Positions 36,652-49,017 of a stretch of 64,000 bases of DNA are shown here, in pieces (positions within the stretch are counted from its first letter, which is position 1; every line of letters begins with the position of its first letter). Below the pieces are notes generated by a model that ran no database searches, was not told where the DNA came from, and saw only the letters and a list, made by a program, of their open reading frames with translations. The translations under genes and the position numbers were made by a program. The stretch is taken from positions 4,464,001-4,528,000 of the forward strand of contig JBLDXI010000015.1 of assembly GCA_047495785.1 (NCBI GenBank), written 5' to 3'. The stretch is from Lepidodermella squamata (lineage: Eukaryota; Animalia; Gastrotricha).

Positions 36652-39001
36652 ATGGTCGATTTGTATTGTGCGGAGTCACTATCACTGACGTCGAAGCACG
36701 CCTACCCCGATCCGGTCATGTTCTCTCAATCAGCTGGCCTTGCGATGGAGGAGGACGATGAAGTCGCAGCACAGGCGGCACCCGATTGTCTTCAGTCACT
36801 ACACGCTATCGAACACGTGTGGACTCCTGACGCCAACTACTTCGATCAAGACCGACAACCTGATCTGAAGCCCTACATGCGAAAGATGGTAGTAGAATGG
36901 CTCTTGGAGGTTTGATTATTTATTTATTTTTTATTCCGGCTTTTTATTTTTCGTTTGATTTTTTCAGGTCTGCAAAGAAATGCACTGCGAAGACGAAGTT
37001 TTTCCCCTCACTGTCAATTTGCTCGACCGGTTTCTTGCAGTTCAACAAATCCCAAAGACGGAGTTTCAATTACTCGCGTCCGCGTGCCTTCTCGTCGCGT
37101 CGAAGCTCCGCGAAACCGCGTCGTTGCCCGCCGAGAGAATTTGCAAGTACACAGAATACAGCATATCAGTCGAACAGCTATATGTGAGTTTCTTTGATCT
37201 CTCTGTTAATTAGCCGGCGCCACTGTGTCTGCTACTCTGTTTCGCTCTAGACACAATCGAAATGTGCTTATTTCATTGTTTTCTTTTTTTTCAGGCGTAC
37301 GAAATGTTCGTGCTAGATCGTTTGAATTGGGATCTCGGCGTTGTTACGGCGCACGAGATTGCTGATCATCTCATGTACCGCCTTTTTTCCGACCCGACCG
37401 CGCCCATGTTTTATCGTATTCGGCGGCACAGTCGTGCGCTCCTCGATCTCGCGCAAGCAGGTGTGTTACGAATTTTATTTTCATCAAGTCAAAATTAGTA
37501 TATCGAAATAATTTTATTGCACCTGCTCGCCATGTGTTCTGCGAGGCGCGCTTCCCTGTCGCCGGTTGTCGCGCGCTCTCTTAGCTTAATGACCTTGCGC
37601 CTGTCATTATCTCATTTTTTCAAGCAAAATCTGCGTTAATAATATAACAGCTATAAAAACAAGCTTGGTGTCATGCGTCATCCAGGCATCGTTTTACCTC
37701 TCCAAGCAGCAGTAAAACTAGTGCTTTTATTATATTATGGCTTTGACGCAGCCTTAATATATATCTTGATAAGCGTGTCGAGCGATTAGGTATTAAGGCT
37801 GACGCGAGCTGAATTTTCAGCGGGTGACACGTGCAGCGTTTTTTCTCTCACTTTTTCTTTTCGCTGCGTTCAATGGTCGGCTAGACCAGCCGTGAAAGTG
37901 GGGTAAGGTGAGCATTAGCGACGCCCTCGTTGCGTGTCACCTAGCGGTGACGCTCCCGTGAACGCTAACCGTTCGCGTGGTTACGATGGCGTTGTATAAC
38001 GCTATAATAGAACGGCCCGCGCTAATCCGCGCCCCGTTCAAGGCCTGCTCGTTTCCTAGCAAAAATCAGCGCGGTTATTACAGCGGGTCCTTTGTTCAGC
38101 CACAGGTTAGCTTGTAACGTGCCGAATTTGTTACGACTGAAAGAAAATGTTATGCACGGTGTTATTACCTGTAATAATTATAATTTGTTTTTATTTTCCG
38201 TTTAGATTTCGAGTTCGCTTTCCTCATGCCGTCGCTATTGGCCGCGAGTGCCATCATGTCTTCGCTGTGTCACTTCAACTGTGCTGACCTCTTTCACCCA
38301 GAAAGCGATAACCGTGTCTATCAGCAAGTCGGAGAATTGGTCGGCGCATCAGCGGTGAGTGTGACCTTCCCGCCCTTTCGCATGCGCAATTGCTCGCGCG
38401 GTGCGGTTTTATGACTTCTTTCAATAAAATTGCACCGCGCGCTGCTGTAAAATTTTAAGGCGGAATTCCGCTCGTATTGCTTTTATTGCATCATTTGCTT
38501 TGGCGTGCGCGCACACTTCCGTCGGTGTAGAATACCAATGCCCGTGTGAATTTCGTCTGGCTTGAGTTGGCTATTGTGTGTTTGTCTACGGATTGGTAGC
38601 AATTATCGATAGCACGTAGTCGAGACTAATCCGACAAATCGCTAGTTGATTGCGCGTGCTATCTCAAGTGATTTGGGACTCGAAAAAGAAACAAATAAGA
38701 TAATGATGTTTGATTTTCGAATTTACAGGAATGTCTCGCCGAATGGTCGATGCTTCTGACTCGATTACGTAACGACTTCATCGCGCAACACCAGCAGTCG
38801 TCACCGGTGTTGTCTTCGCCGGACTCTGGTGTATCGAGCCCGCTCGAACAGTCGCTCAACTCGAGCGCCATCCAAGTACCGCAACAACAGCAGCAAAAGC
38901 AACAGCCATCGAGCTTGCCTACCACGCCTGTGCGGACTTCGAGCGGCGATGAGTCACATCCCCGGACGCCGACTGATATCGCTGACCTATTCGATCACTA
39001 A
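36652..39001 (+). CDS. CCND: G1/S cyclin D; 5 exons
   Basis: N-terminal LYCAE (LxCxE), cyclin box PYMRKMVVEWLLEVC...NLLDRFL...FQLLASACLLVASKLRE, and C-terminal PRTPTD phosphodegron. Confidence 0.93.
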
Positions 39002-40638
39002 GTCGATCGTTGTGATGCCTTGGTATACAGAGTCTATATCGAAGAAAATTCTCTATATTCGTATACACACTTGTGGCACTTGTTGATTGTTGTTGTTTGA
39101 TAAATTTGATTATATCACGAAGCGGCGACGACGACCAGTGTAAAAATTTGCCTTTTTATTTTCTTTCTTCAACGAAAAGATCTTATAATGTACATTTCTG
39201 TTCTTGGCTCAAAGCTAATTAATGCGAAAATTATTGTAAAAAAAAACAACCTGCCACCTGTAAATTTGAAAGGAACTTGCGAGTAATTCTTTATATTCTT
39301 ACGAGACTGTCGAATTTTACTGCCGGGTACGTTGAAGAGGAAATCTATTGTAAATATGAAAAAGCAATGCATGTGACAAATACTATTGACTCCAGATTTA
39401 TTTCGTTGAAAACGCGCTCAATATCAATATTATTTCAGTTGATTTTCGGTTTCTTTTCGTAACACCCTCAATCTTGCCAAAATGTGTGTCTACCACTTTC
39501 CGATTCATGTTTTCAGTTTCCATTTCTGTTTAATTTCTTTCTGTTCGTTCTGTTTCAAAGTTTTAGCCCACCCGTAATGTTAAAGATAGTTCGCGGGCAA
39601 AGCGCCCGCAGTCTTTCTTCGAATTTGATCCCAAAAAACACGTTGCTAATTATTTGGCGTAAATAATGTAAAAATCAGCCAGGCGCTTTCACCTTTCACC
39701 TTCTGCTGCTAATCTAATGGCAATTTGGCGTTTTCTTTGTCCATTGTCGTGTTTTAATATCGGTAAAACTCCCTGTTTGACTGTTTGGAATCTGCTTTCA
39801 ATACCTCGTTTCTGTCGAGATGTCATTATTACTGGTTATCTGAAGCTGATGAACCGTCCACATTCTGCTGTCCATACGTGGCTGTCGTATCTTATTTTAG
39901 AAAACTTGGAAAATCGTCTTATTACACTCTTGTGTTTTATCGTTTTATTTCAAGACAACTCGGTTGTCGCAAAGATTTCTTTTCTTTTTTGACTATCACT
40001 TGTAATATTCTGCTGATATGCATATCGATTATATAACCTATATACGTTCTGAAAATGCGGAAAAAGCTGCTGCTATGCGCGCGCGATTGTACATGACAAA
40101 GCTCTTTGGCAATACTAGATGTTAACAGCGAAACGGTGCCTCAGCCATGATGAAGACTGCAAAAATGAGTATATGTTTTGCCTGTGACTACTCTGCGCTC
40201 GGTCGATTCAGAAAATCTATTGCTCGAAGTCGAAAATGATGTTTTTTTCACCGTATGAATTATCGCACGTGCGATGCATTTGATCAATTGATTCTGTTCT
40301 TAAAAAGCTATGAAGATGAATGATATTCAAATAAAAGCGATCAGAAACTCGAATTATCATGCTCTTTTTTTACTACAAAATGACTATCAACGAGTAAAAG
40401 GTGGGGATGGGCGAAATTCCTGACATGGTGATCTATCAACCATGGAGGTCAAAATATATCAATTTAAAAAATGCGCTAAAATATAGACATTTTCTTACGC
40501 AATCATTTGATTGTTCTGGGGTATGATGAAGTGCATATTTACAAATTGGAATGAACGGCACATCGTCACTGTTTAAAAAAGCATACCGTAATAAATTGTG
40601 GTGACCTTTTGGCAAATCAAAAACCGAAGGTGGTAAGA

Positions 40639-41169
40639 TTAAGAACCCATGAGTAGGGTACCGTTGGATAGTCCAAGAAATGGCCAGTCTGGACGTTTAC
40701 AATACAAATCAATGCAACCTATTTCGGGACTTGGGACATGAAATACAGGTAGAGTTTTGATATCATATTTTCGAAATTGTTTATTTCTGGTAGAACTTCC
40801 GTGGCTGCTCAACCGAATCCGTCTCATATAATTTGAAATGATATGCCATTTCCCGGGAGCCGTCTTACAGGCTATCCTACGGTACCCCGCTCATTGGGTC
40901 TTTACCTTACCATCTTTGGTTTTTGATATGCCGAAGTCACCCCAATTTACAGTAGGTCTATTGTAGTCTGTTTCGATATACCGCTTCACTGTGATTCCAT
41001 ATCGATTATCGGTTACTTTTGCCTGGAATGACTGATTGCCATGGGATTTTATCTCAACGATCCCAGGCCATTCAACTGGGTCTAAGCAGCGAAATTCAAA
41101 ACAATCAAGCAAGACAAAACAAAAACCCGAAATAATACATAAATTCAGCTTTATTTGCAATAATCGCAT
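40639..41169 (-). CDS. Hypothetical 2-exon secreted orphan protein (about 160 aa)
   Basis: MRLLQIKLNLCIISGFCFVLLDC signal-like start and an in-frame join AAG|GTAAAG...TAAG|ACG to the ORF ending at 40639. No recognised domain. Confidence 0.35.
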
Positions 41170-41176
41170 AACGATA

Positions 41177-43853
41177 TCACTGGCCCACAACATAAGGAGG
41201 CAATTCAAAAACACGAACACTCCAATCTGAGCTTGACACAGCCAACAACAAATTACCGCCGTCGCCGATCGGTTTGAAACGCAGTCTTGATATCGATTTC
41301 GACGGGCACAACGAAGTAGGAAATCGATAATATTCACGGGCCGAAATTGAACCGCCAGAACAGTCTACGCTGTAAATAATTATTTCGCCAGATTCAAATC
41401 CAGCAACAAGTGTGTAGCGGCCAGGCTTTTCAGCCGGAACGAAAGCTAGAGCTGTCACTGAAGATGGTAGACCTGCCAACTGGGCTGCAAAAGTCGGCTG
41501 AGAATTTACACAAATTGCCACAGTTTCGAGGCTCCAGATTAGAATTTGCTGATCTCGCGAGCCTGTCGCGAACAGCTTATCATCACAAGACCAATCACAA
41601 GCCCAAATTATTCGAGCATGAGCCGACGTCGATTTCTCCAAACCAGCAATCCGTTTCATCTTATTCGCCGGATCTGTTGAGTCACTGTTGCGCTGAAACA
41701 AATGCCAAGTCCGGTCTCGAGAAACCGCAAGTAAGAATTCACCCGAATGACTGAACCTGAGCTGAGTGACGGTCAAAGTCGGACCCTCTAGGTGTTGAAC
41801 AGGCCGCCAATCGAAAGATTTCTCGGTACTTGCCGGCTTATTTTGAGGCGCCCAGGGTGACCACAGAATTATTTGAGCTGTATCAGCAGATGTTGCTTTA
41901 CAGGCAGATGCAATCAATCGATTAGAGCTGGCGCCTATGTTCGGCGAAACATCAACGGCGAAAACTTCAGATCCGTGGCCGTATAATTTCCGCATTTCAG
42001 GCCACAATGTGTGTTGGACCAAAATTTCAGGCGTCGGCGGTTGTTCGTCATTAACTACCGTGACCGCCGTAATTATTCGGTCGTTATTTGCCGCGCCGAA
42101 CTCGTCGCCACCCCGCTTTTTACCACCGCCGCCACCCTCACCATCGTCATCGCCGAAATCCTCCTCGGCATTTTCGTCATTCTCAGGCGATTCGTCGTCG
42201 CCATAACCTCGATTTGTAAGACCGAGTGGTGGGACAGTCGCGCCTAGAACTTTAGATTTCGACGAAGAATCGTCGCCGTCTTTCCCATCAAATTTACACA
42301 GGCGTGTGAAAAGCTGCCGGGCAAGTTGAGGCATGCTAAACACCCGCATAGCCTTTTCGTCCGCTGCTGATAGGAAACTAGTCGAATTCAACGCAGCTAT
42401 CGCATTGAAGCCGAAACCATGAACCTGCGGCCGGCCGAATTCGTACCAAATCGGTTTCAGGGCTGGTGATTTGTGCCAGGCTGAATGCAAACGGGTGGTT
42501 TGGTCGCCACCTACCGATAACAGGTACTGCCCGGATGTCGGTTCCCAGGTCAAATCAGCTACCTGACTCAGATGCCCGGATGGCATAGGAATGCTAACCC
42601 AAGCATCGCCAACTTTACGCCAAGCATGAATTGCCCCGGTAAAGCTATGCGCGACAACCATTCGACCGCCCTGGGCGAAACGGGCGCCGCAGTAACTCAT
42701 ACCAGCTGCCGAACCCGTTCCGCCAATTCTCGCGAAACGCGCCGATTCAGTCCAAATTCCCTCACTATTTCTATCACTCGGCTCCTGCCAAACAATGACA
42801 GATCGATCGATGGAGCATGTCAAAATGCTCATGAGCGAAGTTTTTCGATCAACGCAAATATCAACCGTATACACCCAATCTGTATGCCCCTTCAATATCG
42901 TCTCCAAGCGAATGTAGACATTCGTACCCGGCAACCAAGGGCATTCGAAGTTGAACGCCGACTTCTGAAGATCCGCCCTCAGATTGGCTGAAGCGTCATT
43001 GTCTTTAGCAGATTTCAGGATTTCACTATCGTTTTTTGCGGCGTAGATTTTCCACAAACGAACAGTCGAATCTTGACTGGCACTGCAAAGATAGGTCAAT
43101 TCATCCGATGACCGCAGCGATGCTAGACTTGTCAGCCAATCAGTGTGGCCTAGAAGTTGAATGGCTGGTTGAAATTTAACGCAGTCAAGAGGCGATATCA
43201 ACAGGCGAACACTGCCGTCATCACAGCCAACGCTCAGTAGATAGGATTTGCAGAAGGACAACTTCGTTAAATTGACTTCAAGAGGCAAACTGCGACCGGA
43301 GCATCGAATGTCTTGGAATGTGGAATTGTCCAGGGTACACTCCCCACCAGCACTAATACTGGCGAGTGAAATTCGAACCAAGCCATCAGCCGAACATGAC
43401 GCTACTAAGAATTTGCTACCATCATCACCGAATTTGGTTGCATGGATAGAAGTGACGGATTCAGCATGAACTATAAACAAATGGAAATTAATTTAAATGG
43501 ATCCCCGAGCCTTCAATGAACTAACGTTTCTTATGGGTCAAATGCTTTTTTGATCTTGTATATAGGCACAAATTTCCATCGGCTGTTCCAAACAGGAAAA
43601 CGTCGGTCGAAAACCAGAACACCGACGAAACTTCAGATTGAGGGTTTCTTAGAGATGGCGTGTCAATTATGCAGAAGGCATCAACATTTTCCTTTGCGTA
43701 GCTCAATGATTGGCCAATTACTGAGACGAAATTGGACGAGGCGTATGCTACAAAAGCGCCGTCGTTTGTGTCATCTTCAGGGGCAGCTGATAGAGCATGA
43801 CTGGATCGGCTGCAGCCAGCACTACAATACAGGAGGCCAATCTCTGAAGCCAT
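41177..43853 (-). CDS. ELP2: Elongator complex protein 2 (WD40); 2 exons
   Basis: EFGRPQVHG, SAADEKAMRVF, TLWPEMRKLYGHGSE, IASACKAT, LTVTQLRFS, LLAVSRDR and AHARIIW. Confidence 0.95.
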
Positions 43854-44305
43854 ACGGGTTAACAATCTATGTCCAAAACAAATCCCGATGTTTAGCTATT
43901 TTTATAGCTTTATTTTTTCAAACACTGATCTGGTGATATAACAGTATTAATACAATATAATTTCAAGGTATGCAATAATAAGCGAACGATAAGAAAGCGA
44001 TGTCTGTCAATTGCATGTACTACCGAAGCCATAAGCAGCTATTATTACCTTTGCACCGAGCAGTTCAAGGCCGTAATTTCCAAAGGCACAGAAAGACACA
44101 GAACAATGTTAAACAGTCGAAGCAAAATATAACAGGCGGGTTCATTTTTCAGAAAGGTAGCGCACGTCCTCGACAAAAGCTTGGCGTTGTATAAAGTATT
44201 GCATCTTTAGCAGTAAGTATAAGTTTCGTTGCGATAAATAAAAGAGATCTCACAACACTCGTATTTCCGTAGTTTATACCCGAATTGGAGAGCAAATAAA
44301 TCCGG

Positions 44306-45418
44306 TCAAACTTCGACGATTTGCTTGCCGATATTACTGCCGTTCATCATAGACACGAAGGCCATGCCCGCTGATTTGAGCCCAGAAGATCGGGTGATCG
44401 GAAGCAACAGATCCCCACTTGCCACCCATTGCCGCAATTGATCCATGGCTTGCGGCCATTCGGAAATAATATCGAAAGCGGCAAAATTGTGGCGATTAAC
44501 CTAACAAATAGTTTAAATGTCTCCAAATTCAATCAAGGAGGGCAATCTTCTTACCTTGTTTTTACGTAAATGCTGGCCGATATCACTCGGGGTCTCCTCG
44601 TCGTCCGCATCCGTACCGTCACTTTGTTCTTGGTAGGTTGAAATACTGCCGACCGAGACGACATGCGAATTCTTTCGCATCAAGCGTTTCACAACATTGC
44701 TGATATGACCACCGACTAAATCGATGAAAATATCAACGCCTTTCGGGCACACAGCCGGCAAGTCATGGCTGGCGAATGTTTCGCTTTTGTAGCAAATAGC
44801 AGCGGCCAAGTTCAGATTTTTGACCAGATAGTCGCACTTTTCATGCGTGCTTGTCAATCCAATGACACGATCACAGCCCAGCAGAGACAGGACTTGAGCA
44901 GCCACGAAACCAACTGAGCCACATGCCGTAGACACAACGGCAGTTTGAGAACCTGCTGGCAAGACACAGTCCGCCCTAATTATGGCAAGATAGCCGGTCA
45001 ACGCCGAAATTCCATATGAGTATAGGTCGAGTTCAATCGAAGGTTCTTGAATCAATATGAGCTGTTTTTTGTTGATTACCTGGCGACGCTGCCATGCCCA
45101 CCCACGAAGACTCGCTACGATATCCCCTGTTTTGAAACCAGACACACTTTTACCAACAGCAGCGACCCTGCCGACACCTGAAAGGCCTTGACAAGGCACG
45201 TTCAACGGCCACTCTTTCATGTAATCGACGGGAATCTCGTGTTCATCCATTCGAAATCGCAAAACAGTGTCCAGGGAGAAGTTGAGCGTTTCCACGAGGA
45301 CTTCATCATCGCTGGGGGACGGCTCCGCTATAGACCGCACTTCGAAGCAGTCGGCCGATACTCTTTTTCGATTGCCAGGTCGTTTTCGCAGGAAAACGCC
45401 AAAGTTGGCATCAGCCAT
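44306..45418 (-). CDS. PTGR2: Prostaglandin reductase 2-like MDR oxidoreductase; 2 exons
   Basis: EVLVETLNFSLD..LRFRM, CPKGVDIFIDLVGG, GSISTY, and the second exon AFVSMMNGSNIGKQIVEV*. Confidence 0.85.
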
Positions 45419-45528
45419 AATTTCTGCTCTTAAATTACTATTATAGTAATGACAAGAAAATTGTTCATTAAATGAATTAACTGAAGCCAAGAAACGTAAA
45501 GAGAAAGCGCACATAAGGAAGCAATAAG

Positions 45529-46776
45529 TTAATGCGAATCTTCATCGAAGTTGATTCTCACTAGAAATTTCAGGCCGGAATTTTCGTTATAAATTCGCAA
45601 AAATAACGGCTGGACTTGTTCCTCGCGAGGCGTCGCCGAGTCAACGCCAGCAATCAAGGTGACTCGAACTGAACATTTTTCAGCAGTTGCATCTCGGTTA
45701 TCAGATAAATCGTCTTCTGAAGGCTGTTCCAGAACGATGACTTCCGGATTATCAGCGTCTGAACTTGGAACAATCAGCTCGAACGGGGCGGAAGGTTCCA
45801 GGCGTAGTCGCATAGGCTGGCCCGATGTAACCGCCTGAGTGGCTGAAGTTGAAACGACTGACATAGCGAAAGACGGGTGGTAAAACAGCAAATTTGCAGC
45901 AGGTGGCCAGGCTGACATGTTATCGACCTTAACTGTGGGCAGCACTGATGCCGCGCCCAGTGACATTCTAAACCACGGTCGGCTATGCTGGCCGTGACGC
46001 AGTTCCGGGAAACAGATCACGTGATCGCATTTCGAGCACCGCAAACCACGCCGAACAGCCAATTGTCGTGGCAACGGCTTGTTATATCGTGGTTGAGGTG
46101 GATTCGTAATGAAATCGTCGGTAAGAGCCGTTGGCACACCAGTTGGAATGACCGGAAAACGCTCTAGTGTTACGTTGACATTTAGGCTGGATACTTGTCG
46201 AGCGTTGAGACGGAACTGGGTTGACGACTTTCGGCCGGTTTTCCTTTTGTTCTTACCCAAGGCAATAGCGCAAGCTTTTTCGACCAGACCAAGCTCTCGG
46301 TACGCTTCGAGCAACGTATGCGAAAAGACAATGTCCGCATCCTGAGCTGGAGAATCCGCATCCCCCGCATTGAAAAAATGCGATGCCTGAGGCAGCAGGG
46401 TAGAATCTGGAATTCCGGCGTCGCGAGAAGACCATTGGCACACTGAACAGTGGAGATAAAAAGTCCTCGGAGCTTGCGAGCTTGAAGCAGTCGACGCTGT
46501 GCTAGCAGCTGAGGTAACAGCTACGGCCGGTTGGTTTGCTTTGACCGCAAGTTGGTTACGACAGCACGGGCAGAGAACGCATTTTGAGCAAATGCACCCA
46601 TGGGCCCTAGCATCAGACGGTGGAAGGGGCTCGATGCACGACGGACAGTAAAAAGTTTCCGCTTCGTGGCTCAGGCACCGCAAACAGCGCAGGTCGGTAC
46701 AGTGAGAACAGAAATAAAGCCTCGACAACGGCGATGTTGACCCACATGAGCACAGATATTCTACGGCAGTGGACAT
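45529..46776 (-). CDS. DCTN4: Dynactin subunit 4 (p62), intronless
   Basis: VEYLCSCG..SPLSRLYFCSHC..LRC..C..HE..TFYCPSCIE, CPCC, YLHCSVCQWSSRD and LRCSKCDH. Confidence 0.9.
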   Translation of the reverse strand: MSTAVEYLCSCGSTSPLSRLYFCSHCTDLRCLRCLSHEAETFYCPSCIEPLPPSDARAHGCICSKCVLCPCCRNQLAVKANQPAVAVTSAASTASTASSSQAPRTFYLHCSVCQWSSRDAGIPDSTLLPQASHFFNAGDADSPAQDADIVFSHTLLEAYRELGLVEKACAIALGKNKRKTGRKSSTQFRLNARQVSSLNVNVTLERFPVIPTGVPTALTDDFITNPPQPRYNKPLPRQLAVRRGLRCSKCDHVICFPELRHGQHSRPWFRMSLGAASVLPTVKVDNMSAWPPAANLLFYHPSFAMSVVSTSATQAVTSGQPMRLRLEPSAPFELIVPSSDADNPEVIVLEQPSEDDLSDNRDATAEKCSVRVTLIAGVDSATPREEQVQPLFLRIYNENSGLKFLVRINFDEDSH

Positions 46777-46891
46777 TATTTAATGAAAACTAGGAAAACA
46801 AAACGAAAGTGTTTTCACCGACACCAATATATTTTTTCACCATGGAATGAAAGAAATGCAGGTCGTAAGATCACCATTTCACTGAAATAAA

Positions 46892-48211
46892 TTACTCTAA
46901 TTTCGGAGTCGTCGGTAAACATAAATTGCAAAATTCGCCCTTCTTCCAGAAGCTTGTGTCCTTCCAACCAACGTAGCCCTTTGAAGTGACGAGTTTCAGC
47001 TCGTCAGCGTAGCTGTTTTTCGGTGGCGCCGAGTGGTGAGGGTCCAAAATAAGGTAGCGAACAGCTCCAGTCGCTCTATTGAGAAAAACCCCTGCAATCG
47101 TATGAGCGAGAACGCCTCCACCAATCATCACAGGTGCACCATTGTTTCGGAAATGCTGAATCATTTCGGAAGCAAGCGAATCCATGTCATCACCGGATGA
47201 AACATTCCGAATGCGATACTTGATACCGAGGTAATTTTCTAGAATGTACCCAACCTCGATAGAACCGATCCATTTTGTGCTGCCGATAAAATCCTTCCCT
47301 TTATCGCCGATTTCAACGAGTATTGACTGAATTGTGCGGTGGTCCGGCTCGGGTTTGTCGGTATAGCCTTGCATCCTGAACCAAGAGCAAACTGTTTGCA
47401 GGGACCTATACGCACAGCCCCAGCCTGAATCATTGAAGCCGTCTTCGTTATACCGAAAATAGCGATAAAATCCGGGCGTGATAGCCATTTCAACGGTTGC
47501 AGATTTGCCAGGTACAACAGGTGCATTCAGATCAATAGGTTCAGGAGTCGCAAGAGCCACGTGAGGATTAATCAAGTGCGCCCCGGCAGTTTCTATCCAA
47601 ATATCTGCCAAAACATCGCCGTATATCAAATCGTTTTTCAGGCCTGTCTCTTTGCGAACAATAGCCAAGCATTGCTCTGAATTAGCCTCACTTGGGAGCA
47701 GCATGGTGATCACTTTTGAAGATGTGGCATAATGTTTTGGCTGCAAAGGTACGTCAGGCTGAACCGACAGTTTTTCCACATATTCCTCTATTTGTTTCCG
47801 AATCGCTTCCAGGCACAATTTCTTGAATTTGACTGAAATTGAGGCATCAGATTGAAATTCTGCTTCGCTATCAACTGACAACATTTCGGCGGGTATTAAA
47901 CAATCAATTCTGATAGCATCAAGGGAGTAGTTTGCCACGTCAGGCATTTTTTCCGCCTTCAACGCCAAGCTTCCAATTGAAAGATGCGAATCGGGTAAGG
48001 AACGACTAACAAAAATGCTCACAGGTATCAATGTCATCAGAACACTAGTCGTTTTTTCGGCATAGACAGGCTCAAAGGAGCAACGAGCATCCGTCAATAT
48101 TTCATCCAGTAATTTGAAATCAGCTTTTATGTTCAGCTCAGTGTTGTCCTTCTTGGAGAACAGTATGTCATGGGTAAGGGAGATCCGGAAAAAAGTAGGT
48201 GTTTCCTTCAT
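46892..48211 (-). CDS. UFSP2: UFM1-specific protease 2, intronless
   Basis: DSGWGCAYRSLQTVCSW, WIGSIEV, PVMIGGGVLAHTIAGV and LILDPH. Confidence 0.95.
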   Translation of the reverse strand: MKETPTFFRISLTHDILFSKKDNTELNIKADFKLLDEILTDARCSFEPVYAEKTTSVLMTLIPVSIFVSRSLPDSHLSIGSLALKAEKMPDVANYSLDAIRIDCLIPAEMLSVDSEAEFQSDASISVKFKKLCLEAIRKQIEEYVEKLSVQPDVPLQPKHYATSSKVITMLLPSEANSEQCLAIVRKETGLKNDLIYGDVLADIWIETAGAHLINPHVALATPEPIDLNAPVVPGKSATVEMAITPGFYRYFRYNEDGFNDSGWGCAYRSLQTVCSWFRMQGYTDKPEPDHRTIQSILVEIGDKGKDFIGSTKWIGSIEVGYILENYLGIKYRIRNVSSGDDMDSLASEMIQHFRNNGAPVMIGGGVLAHTIAGVFLNRATGAVRYLILDPHHSAPPKNSYADELKLVTSKGYVGWKDTSFWKKGEFCNLCLPTTPKLE

Positions 48212-48381
48212 AATTTAACAATTCTATGTAAAAGCAGATAACAAGTTGGTATAGGTTGTAGCATTGGAAAACCCTAAAAAATGTATGGCAGATCCGCAAA
48301 AAAGATCATCATCAAAAGTTGTCTTTCGCAACACGCGCAAATGAGCTGCAATGAATGAGCTTACGGATTGGAGTGGAGAAC

Positions 48382-49017
48382 TCATTCAATTTTAGCCCAA
48401 ATACGATCGAATTCTTTAGAGTAAATTTGAGCAACTGCGAGGTTTTTTTCCAGGAGGATAAGGTTCTCGAAATTGCCAGTGACGGCGGTTTGGGTCCAAT
48501 TGAAAGAGCCAGTCATCACAGATTCTCCATCAAGAATGGCGAATTTATGATGCATCAAGTTAGCTGTCCCGAAGTTTATTCGCACAGGTATTCCGAGGTC
48601 TCGCAATCGAGGAATAACCGAATCGCTCAAGTCAGCATTGTCTTTGTCAACGATGATTCGAATCGCTACTTTTCGAATGGTGTGAAGCTCCTCGATAAGT
48701 TGACCAAGTGTTGGAGATGTAAATATAAATATCGCAATATCCAAAGTTTTCCTGGGCGCTGACAAAAATCGAATAACGCTGCCGAAAGACGATACATCAT
48801 GAGACATGCGACACTCTCGTTTGGTGCATGAATTGAAAACAGAGAAGTGTCTCAGACAGGCCATTGATGAGTCAGGGAAGAACAAAACGCGGACATTATC
48901 TTTTGATTTAGATGTCGAGGGAGAAGTAAGCCATCTGCGACAGCCGACATATACTATTCCAGCGCCAAGTAGAGCACCGAAACACGATGCAGCGCACACG
49001 CGGAGGAAAGAAGCCAT
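48382..49017 (-). CDS. PLD6: MitoPLD / Zucchini endonuclease, intronless
   Basis: N-terminal TM anchor, VLFFPD, CCCH zinc site, and a single HKD motif MHHKFAILDG...TGSFNWT..A...NFEN. Confidence 0.93.
   Translation of the reverse strand: MASFLRVCAASCFGALLGAGIVYVGCRRWLTSPSTSKSKDNVRVLFFPDSSMACLRHFSVFNSCTKRECRMSHDVSSFGSVIRFLSAPRKTLDIAIFIFTSPTLGQLIEELHTIRKVAIRIIVDKDNADLSDSVIPRLRDLGIPVRINFGTANLMHHKFAILDGESVMTGSFNWTQTAVTGNFENLILLEKNLAVAQIYSKEFDRIWAKIE

Noticed and set aside
43930-44300. Short ORFs and a GT-AG intron-like segment between PTGR2 and ELP2
   Set aside because: ORFs are under 30 aa with no motif; probably 3' UTR.
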